Source of the DNA: a virus
Taxonomy: Duplodnaviria > Caudoviricetes
Virus record (IMG/VR): IMGVR_UViG_3300037567_000988
Location: 1-25,037 of that record
Length of the DNA: 25,037 nucleotides
Strand: one strand, 5' to 3'
Below are positions 17,166-24,186 of the stretch, piece after piece. The position numbers and the translations under genes were made by a program. The notes beneath the pieces are model-generated. The model saw only the letters and a program-made list of their open reading frames with translations. It searched no databases and had not been told where the DNA came from. Each line of letters opens with the position of its first letter. Position 1 is the first letter of the stretch.

Positions 17166-17212
17166 GGGGGCCCTTCGGGGCCCCCGCAACCCCCTCCTTT
17201 TTATTTTTAATG
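17166..17212 (+). promoter_or_regulatory. Cassette element copy 16 (precedes non-coding unit B)
   Basis: GGGGGCCC-TTCG-GGGCCCCC hairpin, CCTTTTTATTTTTAAT-G(17212). Confidence 0.75.
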
Positions 17213-17400
17213 GCTCGTACCATGAATGAGAGGAATGCTGAAGCAGACCGAATGCTTGTTGGCTAGAGCGACAACATTTTTCGGTATGGAGTACATGACC
17301 ATAGAAGCGGAGATCTTTGCATGCGGTACAACCCTGCCTGGGGGCAGCGTCTTCCGAGGGTAACGAATTGGTAATGGTGAAAGCGTCCCGACTCGGAACC
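17212..17400 (+). ncRNA. Putative small structured RNA, copy B
   Basis: Core 17325-17370 is 43/46 identical to 16413-16458. GTACCATG...CATGCGGTAC closing stem. Confidence 0.6.
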
Positions 17401-17483
17401 CCCTACCCCCTTTTTATTTAACGACGATTGTAGTCTAGCCAATAGAGGAGAGACTACCAGGCGAAAGCTGAAAGGAAATCGTT
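17400..17483 (+). promoter_or_regulatory. Cassette element copy 17 with a structured leader enclosing the RBS
   Basis: CCCCCTTTTTATTTAAC-G(17423). GACGATT pairs with AATCGTT immediately before the ATG; internal GTAGTCT/AGACTAC stem and GC-GAAA-GC loop. Confidence 0.7.
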
Positions 17484-17651
17484 ATGTCTAATGTAGAGTT
17501 CCAGGTGCTGATGATCAACAACCTCAGAAAGAACCCCCCGAGCAACAACGACTTGGCGGCGAAGGGGGATCTGGTGAAGCCGACTTCGAAGACGAAGCGT
17601 CAGGTCGACTTTAAGGATCAGAATGGAAACGCAGGATTCCGCGTGTTCTAG
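17484..17651 (+). CDS. Small basic protein (55 aa, MSNVEFQVLMINNLRKNPPS...GFRVF)
   Basis: AAAGGA SD; codon usage like neighbouring genes; bounded by cassette elements. Translated by hand. Confidence 0.75.
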   Translation: MSNVEFQVLMINNLRKNPPSNNDLAAKGDLVKPTSKTKRQVDFKDQNGNAGFRVF

Positions 17652-17674
17652 CTTGATCTGGACGTCTTCGTGAA

Positions 17675-17730
17675 GGTCAGGGTTCCGTGCTTACGCACGG
17701 GGCCCTGGCCCTCTTTCTTTTTATTTAACG
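17675..17730 (+). promoter_or_regulatory. Cassette element copy 18 (upstream of the RNA polymerase gene)
   Basis: GGTCAGGGTTCCGTGC-TTAC-GCACGGGGCCCTGGCC hairpin, CTTTCTTTTTATTTAAC-G(17730). Confidence 0.75.
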
Positions 17731-17818
17731 CTAACGCAAACCAACGACATTGGATGGGGAAAGATCCCCGTCTAGTGAAAATCAGGCCAAATAACCATTC
17801 TCGTGAAAGGAGAACAAA

Positions 17819-20800
17819 ATGGCCCCTTTGAATGAAATGATGAGAGATCTGACCAAGAACAGGATCCAGGACATGAAGGAGATGAGGAAGCTGCTGGAGA
17901 CGACGGAGCTCGGCAAGCTGCTGGAGCGGGAGGTGCTCGTGCCGAACCACAAGTTCGACCCCAGTAACCCGACCGACAACAAGTGGAACGTCATGATCCA
18001 CAGGCTCACCGGGAACGAGATCATCAAGTCCCTGGAGCACTACATCGCCGCGTTCGACCTGCTCCTGACTCGGGAGACCAGGAAGGGTGCGATCAAGGAG
18101 CTGAATCGGATGAAAGACAACTTCGAGAAGAAGCTGGTTCTGGCTGTTGAGGCCAAGATCCAGCACCGAGAAGAGTTGCGTGCAAAGGCGCAGCAGAAGA
18201 GTTGGCAGGATGCTGCTGCTGGCTACATGACCAAGTATCCGGTCATCGTCATGTACCACGAAGAGACGAAGAAGAAGCTCAGGATCAGGTATGACCTGGC
18301 TGTGGGCTTGCAGGGCTTGCTTGCTCAGATGGTCAAGCACTGGCAGGGGAATGCTGTCAAGAAGACTGAGGCTGGAGAGGAGCTCGACAAGTTCGAGGCG
18401 ACTGCGATGGGAGTGAAGGTTCCCGTTCTGCACCTGAAGGATCAGACGGAAGGAGATCAGGATCTCGCTGGCCTCATGTCTGCATTCCGCAAGCAGGGGT
18501 GGGTACCAGTCAAGGGTAAGCATCTGCTGGACAAGTCGCTCTACGCGATGCTGACGAAGCTGTTCCCAAGGGCTGTCGACATGCGTGCCTACATCAGCAG
18601 CTTCATGAGTCCGCTGAAGGCTGGTGGTCTCTGGATTGACGCAAGTGTCAAGCTCACGACTATCACTTCGTACAACAAGGATGGACAGACAATCCCCGCT
18701 GGCTGTGATGGCTCGGGACGAATTCACTCGAAGCACCCGCTCCTGCAGTACTTGAAGGGGTGGAACAGCAAGGACTGTCCTGCTACTCAGTTCAGAGGGG
18801 TTAACTTCAGCACAGGCCTCTTCGCCAAGGGTGTCTTCGTCGTGGACGATCGATGTCTTGACGATGACGGCAATCCGGACATCTGGGTTGATTGGGCTCA
18901 GATCAAGGGTCTGCAGAAGGCTGAAGCCAAGGAGTGCATCGGCAAGAACATTCACCGGCGGGACGTTATGACGATTGGCATCATCGATGTCTTCCGTCGC
19001 CACAACCCGAAGATGAACTTCAGCTTCCAGAGTCTGCAGATCATGGAGAACGTTCCCAGTACTCGCGCCTTGGCTGAGCGCTGGGTTGATGAGAGCCTTG
19101 ATGCGTTCGTTACCAACGGTGGTCCACTTGGGATGTTGGAGAACATCGCTGCCAATGATCCGCAGATCGATCTCATCCTGAGGCTCAAGGACCAGCTCAA
19201 GGAGAAGCTCGGACTGGATGTCACCACTCCTGAGGGAATTGCTGCGATCCCGTTCGTGCACAACCGGCTTGAGGACAATCTGGGTCGTATGCGTTACCAC
19301 AATGCTCAGGGTGCTGGAGTCAAGGAGCTGACCAAGGTGCTTGTTATCGACAATGGCTTGGAGTCGGGAACGTGTGCGATCAGGAGTACCGGCGGGAAGT
19401 ATCCTATCGGAAGTCTCGTGGCACTGGTGAGGCCGCCAATTGTGACTCCTCACAACCAGGTGGTCTTGAAGATCGTGGAACCCTTGACGCATATGAGGGT
19501 TCGTGGACAGGTTCCTCTGTGTGTGATTTTCATGACTCTGCTCGACACCTTGATCATGTTTGCCGACGATGACGGAGACATCGCTTCTGTCTGCGATGAC
19601 AAGGAGCTGATCGAGAACTTGCAGAAGAACAAGATCGACTTCGGTTTCGGTCAGGATGCGTTGTATCGTATCGAGCCTGAGACCTGGGAGGGTGATCCGA
19701 AGGCCAAGATCTCCAGCAGCTCACTTGTTGGAATGGTGATGCTTGAGGGTGATGGTCGTGGTCCTGTCGGGCTCGTGTGCGTCCTGAAGGCTGCTGCAAT
19801 TGCGGAGGAAGTGGACATGCTTCCGCTGGCGATGGCAGTAATTGAGCAGTGTGCTATCGATGCTGCAAAGCACAGTACCATGTATCCAGATCCTCGCATG
19901 TTGGTGCAGAGGCGCAACTGGGAGAAGGATAGCGAGGGCTGGTGGAAGCCAAAGAGTGGTACTGGGCTGTCCCGTGAAGACATGGGCACGTACAGGGGCT
20001 ACCAGGGTAACAGCCAGGTGGAGTCTTGGATGGATGGTGAGCACATCAGCACCAATCTGCTCCAGCAGTTCGTCAGGGATCTGTGTGGTGGGCGCATGCT
20101 GAAGGATCAGCTGTCTTGGAGGGTCAAGTCCAAGAGGCTTACCTCGGAGACCGATAGCGAGTACCCGGTCAAGGCCAAGTATGAGAATCTCGTGCATCAC
20201 ACTGCAAGGTACGCTACCGAGGAGTGGAACAAGATGTACGAGGGGACAGAGGCGGGTATCGAGTTCTCTGCACAGGATCTGATTCCGAAGCTGCTCTCCA
20301 TGCAGGTCACACCTCTCGACAAGCAGACCTACAAGAGGACGCTGCACAGGAGTTCTGGTATGCAGGCATACGGCGTTGAGCTGAAGAAGATTCTGGCTCT
20401 GGGCTATGAGCGTGAGGAGCGTAGGCTTAAGATCGATGCCGTCTACACTGCTCTGCTCAACAGCTTGCGTAAGCTGAGTGTCGGAGAGCTGGTCCAGATC
20501 TGGGTTACTGAGTGGAACCTGGCGCTGAACACCAAGCATGAGAACCGGGTCAAGGGCCACATCAACAGGGCTTACCGAGCCGTTCTCTGGGAGGGTTCGC
20601 CTGTACTCAAGGCGCTTGGACTGGAGAGTAGCTCTAGGTGTGAGTTCATGGGTACCGAGCGCATGCTGAAGACCAAGGAGTGGATTAACAACCGCGTTCT
20701 GGCTTTGCGTCAGGATGGTGTACCGGCTACTGCGTTTGATGTTGCTCGGGACTCCATCCTCAAGTCGAAGAAGCACGAGGAAGAGACTGGTGTTCGTCTG

Positions 20801-20977
20801 GCAGATTGCCCGACGTGCAGCAACCTGATCCGTGACATGATTGTTGGTGATCACAGGGATGTGGTCACGAAGGAAGTACGAGCTGTCGCTGGAGAATTGG
20901 TCACTGGAACCAATGCGGAGCTTGGATGGGAGAGAGCCAGGAAGGTCCTGGAAGCGAAGAAGAGTGAAACCAAGTAA
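17819..20977 (+). CDS. Single-chain two-barrel (double-psi beta-barrel) RNA polymerase, YonO / RNAi-RdRP-like (1052 aa)
   Basis: Ordered motifs CDGSGRI (~18704), TQFRG...FAKG (~18785-18831), LVRPP (~19425) and catalytic FADDDGD (DxDGD at 19565-19579) match the DGxG / QxR...KG / RxP / DxDGD order of this superfamily. AAAGGAGA SD. Confidence 0.85.
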   Translation: MAPLNEMMRDLTKNRIQDMKEMRKLLETTELGKLLEREVLVPNHKFDPSNPTDNKWNVMIHRLTGNEIIKSLEHYIAAFDLLLTRETRKGAIKELNRMKDNFEKKLVLAVEAKIQHREELRAKAQQKSWQDAAAGYMTKYPVIVMYHEETKKKLRIRYDLAVGLQGLLAQMVKHWQGNAVKKTEAGEELDKFEATAMGVKVPVLHLKDQTEGDQDLAGLMSAFRKQGWVPVKGKHLLDKSLYAMLTKLFPRAVDMRAYISSFMSPLKAGGLWIDASVKLTTITSYNKDGQTIPAGCDGSGRIHSKHPLLQYLKGWNSKDCPATQFRGVNFSTGLFAKGVFVVDDRCLDDDGNPDIWVDWAQIKGLQKAEAKECIGKNIHRRDVMTIGIIDVFRRHNPKMNFSFQSLQIMENVPSTRALAERWVDESLDAFVTNGGPLGMLENIAANDPQIDLILRLKDQLKEKLGLDVTTPEGIAAIPFVHNRLEDNLGRMRYHNAQGAGVKELTKVLVIDNGLESGTCAIRSTGGKYPIGSLVALVRPPIVTPHNQVVLKIVEPLTHMRVRGQVPLCVIFMTLLDTLIMFADDDGDIASVCDDKELIENLQKNKIDFGFGQDALYRIEPETWEGDPKAKISSSSLVGMVMLEGDGRGPVGLVCVLKAAAIAEEVDMLPLAMAVIEQCAIDAAKHSTMYPDPRMLVQRRNWEKDSEGWWKPKSGTGLSREDMGTYRGYQGNSQVESWMDGEHISTNLLQQFVRDLCGGRMLKDQLSWRVKSKRLTSETDSEYPVKAKYENLVHHTARYATEEWNKMYEGTEAGIEFSAQDLIPKLLSMQVTPLDKQTYKRTLHRSSGMQAYGVELKKILALGYEREERRLKIDAVYTALLNSLRKLSVGELVQIWVTEWNLALNTKHENRVKGHINRAYRAVLWEGSPVLKALGLESSSRCEFMGTERMLKTKEWINNRVLALRQDGVPATAFDVARDSILKSKKHEEETGVRLADCPTCSNLIRDMIVGDHRDVVTKEVRAVAGELVTGTNAELGWERARKVLEAKKSETK

Positions 20978-22131
20978 TGAGAGAGGACAAGAAAATGAAT
21001 AGCAAGACGATGCTAACCACCGATCAAGAGTGCATGAGGATCAGGCTTCTTTCCTGGGTTCTGGCCAACAGCGGGGGCGGCTACTACAATATGGAGGGCA
21101 CCAGTCTGTGCTTTGGCCCAAAAGTGTCGAAGCTGAGCTTTAAAGTTGGCTGGAGTGGTCCCGGGAGTCTCGTTGAGGCTCTCGGGGGTTCCAATTCAGT
21201 GGGGTGGACCGTGGAGTCGTCGTTGTCTCGGGGTTGGTCCCCACGCTGGGTACCGGCCTGGAAGGAACCCGAGGTCGATCCCTACTTCCCGTACATCCTG
21301 TACCAGGACAATGAGTACACGGTGTTCGTTCACTCGAAGGGGGGTGATCGCAGGAACCTGTGGGACATGCACCTCGACCGCCAGTGGGACAAGGAGGTCG
21401 ACAGCTGTGCTGGGCGTGAGCCCGGTGCAATTGAAGAGTGCCCTGTCTCGGTCTACTGGACCAAAGGGGGGCTGCCTGAGTGGCTGAAGAAGAAGACAAT
21501 GTGCAACCTGGGTCACGTGACGGCCCAACCAAAGGAGAAGACTATGAAGCCTACTACCGTTCACCTGATCGACCCGTGGGTCATCCACGCTTTCCTCGTA
21601 CTGGGTGTGATGAAGCTCAAGCTCCCCGGAGATGAGCTCATCGCGTCCTTCGAGCGGAAGAACGAGGTCATCGAGTACCGATACCTGCCCCACCTGATGC
21701 ACCCGAAGCTGGCAGAGGAGATCCTGCGGCTGAGGAACCTGAATGAGGGGCGGGCCACGTTCATGTTCTGGGCCAAGCAGTTCAACTGGATCAACCAGGC
21801 TCAGACACCGAAGTCGAAGGAGCAGCGGCTGAAGCAGGTGCTTGACACCCTGTCCAAGCTGAGGGTCCTGAGGAAGGGTCACGGAGTGGCTCCTCTCGGT
21901 GTCCTCTTCGAACCCAAGTTCTACAAGGGACAGGACTGCAAGAGCGACGAGGAGAAGGAGAGCAGGAAGCAGGAGTGCTACGAGTTCTTCAACCGGGTTC
22001 AGCAGCAGGTCGTTGAGCAGGGTGGAAGGTGGCGAATCCTTCAGCAGCATCTGCCTGGATGTGTAGCACCGCTGAAGGCTATGGAGTGGCGAGACACGAG
22101 GAAGCTCAGCAACTTGGCTCGGAAGAGCTAG
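20977..22131 (+). CDS. Hypothetical protein (up to 384 aa; start may be 20995)
   Basis: TAATG overlap with the RNAP stop; GC3-rich codon usage. No motif recognised. Confidence 0.85.
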   Translation: MREDKKMNSKTMLTTDQECMRIRLLSWVLANSGGGYYNMEGTSLCFGPKVSKLSFKVGWSGPGSLVEALGGSNSVGWTVESSLSRGWSPRWVPAWKEPEVDPYFPYILYQDNEYTVFVHSKGGDRRNLWDMHLDRQWDKEVDSCAGREPGAIEECPVSVYWTKGGLPEWLKKKTMCNLGHVTAQPKEKTMKPTTVHLIDPWVIHAFLVLGVMKLKLPGDELIASFERKNEVIEYRYLPHLMHPKLAEEILRLRNLNEGRATFMFWAKQFNWINQAQTPKSKEQRLKQVLDTLSKLRVLRKGHGVAPLGVLFEPKFYKGQDCKSDEEKESRKQECYEFFNRVQQQVVEQGGRWRILQQHLPGCVAPLKAMEWRDTRKLSNLARKS

Positions 22132-22145
22132 AAAGGAATAATACA

Positions 22146-22664
22146 ATGCTGGACGGAAAAGGAGACCTCTGGCGTCAGCTTGGAGAAGTTGACGCTCTCT
22201 GCATCACCACCAACGGATTCATCAAGCGGAATGGATCTGCGGTGATGGGCAGGGGGTGTGCTCGACAGGCCATGTACAAGTACCCAGGCCTGGATGCAAT
22301 TCTGGGAGAGAAGGTGCAGCAGTTCGGAAACGAGCCGCTGTGCCTGATCAACGACAAGGGGACTGAGATCTGGAGCTTCCCAGTGAAGCCTCGGTTCGAG
22401 GTCTTTAAGTCGGACGACCAGGTGGTTCGACACATGCGAGGCAAGTTCGGCTCTGGGAGTTCGATTCCCGGCTGGGCTTGCGTAGCTCAGATAGGAATCA
22501 TCCTGGAGAGTGCGAATGCCATCAAGAAGATGGCTGATCTCTGCGGCTGGAGGAAGATCGCTCTTCCTCGACCTGGCTGCGGAGCTGGTGAGTTGAATTG
22601 GGAGGAGGTTGGACCTGCACTTAGTGAAGTGCTGGACGATCGCTTCATCGCTATAACCTATTGA
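22146..22664 (+). CDS. Macrodomain protein, DarG/TARG1/Poa1p-like ADP-ribosyl hydrolase (172 aa)
   Basis: GDLW, ITTN...MGRGCA, SFPVK (equivalent to FPTK) and IALPRPGCGAGELNWEEV. An AAAGGA SD places the start at 22146. Confidence 0.88.
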   Translation: MLDGKGDLWRQLGEVDALCITTNGFIKRNGSAVMGRGCARQAMYKYPGLDAILGEKVQQFGNEPLCLINDKGTEIWSFPVKPRFEVFKSDDQVVRHMRGKFGSGSSIPGWACVAQIGIILESANAIKKMADLCGWRKIALPRPGCGAGELNWEEVGPALSEVLDDRFIAITY

Positions 22665-22680
22665 GAGAAAGGGCAGTACA

Positions 22681-23364
22681 ATGACGAGAATTGAACCTGT
22701 GTGGAGCCACTCGGATGGCAAGTGGATCTGTGGACCTGGAGACAACCGGGGGAAGAACTTGGAACTGAAGTTCAAGGATGCCAAGTACGGAACCCCTACT
22801 TGGGAGGAGTACAAGCATGAGAAGAATGCTCTCGATGAAGTTCTGCAGGAGGAGGCGAAGGAGTTGCAGCCTCCAGTCCGCTTCCTGGATGATGTTGGAG
22901 CTGTTCAGTGCAGCTGCCAGGCCTGCATCGACATGTGCAAGCCGGGTCATACCAATCCCGGCTGGTTCCGTGTGGGTCAGGCTGAGAAGGCTGCGGAGTT
23001 CCTCAAGATGACGCTTGATGACTTCTTCTGGAAGTACTTGATCGTTGAGTACTGGGCAGGCTTCCCCCAAGACATGGATGTTCTTGCACCTCGGCGTAAC
23101 CATCAGGACGGGGTGAGGGCTGACAGCGGAGACAATTACCATGGCGGAACCTGCGCTCTGCATGATTCCTCTACCGGCTGTAAGCTTCCTAGCTCGCTGA
23201 GACCGCTGGAGTGTGCTGCAGCGGTTGGCTGCGAGAAGGACAAGTACTGGTGGCAACGGGAACGCTACAGTATCCGAGAGAACATCGCCCTGGAGTGGAT
23301 AAAAGGGAAGCCCTCCGCCTTGGTCGAACGTCTCTCCGATAAGTTCTGGGGTAAGCGTAGATAA
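22681..23364 (+). CDS. Cys-cluster protein, YkgJ/CxxCxxCC (Zn or Fe-S binding) family-like (227 aa)
   Basis: CSCQACIDMC...CALHD...GCKL...RPLEC pattern. Confidence 0.75.
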   Translation: MTRIEPVWSHSDGKWICGPGDNRGKNLELKFKDAKYGTPTWEEYKHEKNALDEVLQEEAKELQPPVRFLDDVGAVQCSCQACIDMCKPGHTNPGWFRVGQAEKAAEFLKMTLDDFFWKYLIVEYWAGFPQDMDVLAPRRNHQDGVRADSGDNYHGGTCALHDSSTGCKLPSSLRPLECAAAVGCEKDKYWWQRERYSIRENIALEWIKGKPSALVERLSDKFWGKRR

Positions 23365-23374
23365 ATAATCTGAA

Positions 23375-23415
23375 TCCACGAGGATAAGCCCCCTTACGGG
23401 GGCTGTCCTTGTGGA
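23375..23415 (+). terminator. GC-rich hairpin after the operon
   Basis: TCCACGAGGATAAGCCCCC-TTAC-GGGGGCTGTCCTTGTGGA. Confidence 0.5.
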
Positions 23416-23553
23416 GATATCTTTCAACCTCTAGTTCGTGGATGTCCTTTCCCAGAGCTAGAACTGGTACGGTAGCCTCTCGGCTCCCTCCCCCTCCTCC
23501 CCATTGGGACGAGGGGCTACCGCTACCTCCGCTTCATGGTCTTATAGTTTAAC

Positions 23554-24075
23554 AAGTATACCTATCCGCGAATAGGTATCGGTAAAACACTTACTACTGA
23601 AGGTCGACCCACAAGACGAACCTACTTAATGGTCCCAGAACTGGGTGTCACTGCTAGAGTTGAAAGGCAGTGCGAGTCATGTGTCCTTAGTAAGAGTCGT
23701 AGGTACAAGTCCTACTAAGATCACCCTTTTAAGTTTGGGGAGAGAGAAGTTATAGGGAGGCCGGTGAGGCGCCGAGCGCTTCAAGACAGATCCTATAGCT
23801 GCTAGTTTGCAAGCTGGCAAAGGCTCCGGATTAAGTCAAGCCCGAACTCTCTCTCCATTTAATTCGTGAAAAGAGCAGGTACCGGTAATATCGGGGCAAG
23901 TGTAAGACACTCCCGGTAAATTTGCTCCCAGGTGCACTTACAGTGAGATGGGTTCGATTCCCGTCACGGGCTACCTCGTGGAGAGTCTGGTGATCTATTG
24001 TAAGCGATTGAAACTTTGTGGCCATCCTAGAGGCTGCTTAGGGAAGATAAGGGGGCGGGCATAGGACCCGCCCCA
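23554..24075 (+). ncRNA. Putative structured non-coding RNA(s) with T-loop/tRNA-like domains
   Basis: No credible ORF. Multibranch stems GGGTG(23643)/CACCC(23726) and GGAGAGAG(23739)/CTCTCTCC(23856). T-arm ATGGG-TTCGATT-CCCGT (23948-23964). Ends at a hairpin plus T-tract. Boundaries are approximate. Confidence 0.55.
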
Positions 24076-24092
24076 CCACCGCCTTTTTATTT
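24052..24092 (+). terminator. Intrinsic terminator-like hairpin / degenerate cassette element
   Basis: GGGGCGGG...CCCGCCCC followed by CCTTTTTATTT, but lacking the AAYG ending. Confidence 0.55.
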
Positions 24093-24186
24093 CACCTACC
24101 TTTAATTTGCTCTTACAAATAAATAAGAAGTGTTGACACACTTCATCCTGGTGATTGTTAACTTTCCACTCTAACCAAGGAGAGTC

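Noticed and set aside
9748-17730. Integron-like attC cassette array
   Set aside because: The TTTAAC resembles RYYYAAC but lies after the hairpin rather than at its 5' arm. There is no matching GTTRRRY and no integrase in the window.
9748-17730. CRISPR array
   Set aside because: The repeats are degenerate and separated by gene-sized units of roughly 200-2500 bp, not uniform spacers. No cas genes are present.
17648-22814. Long antisense ORFs (17648-19492, 19721-20854, 21196-22146, 22128-22814; also 13921-14904 and 23995-25002)
   Set aside because: These are shadow frames produced by GC3-biased codons of the + strand genes, which carry the SDs and recognisable motifs.
23895-23975. Canonical tRNA gene
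   Set aside because: The T-arm is good, but no D-arm, anticodon arm or acceptor 5' strand lies at tRNA spacing.
24133-24164. Sigma70 promoter TTGACA upstream of the DHH-like gene
   Set aside because: The -35 is perfect, but there is no good -10 at 16-18 nt spacing (TAACTT is 20 nt away). Left uncalled.
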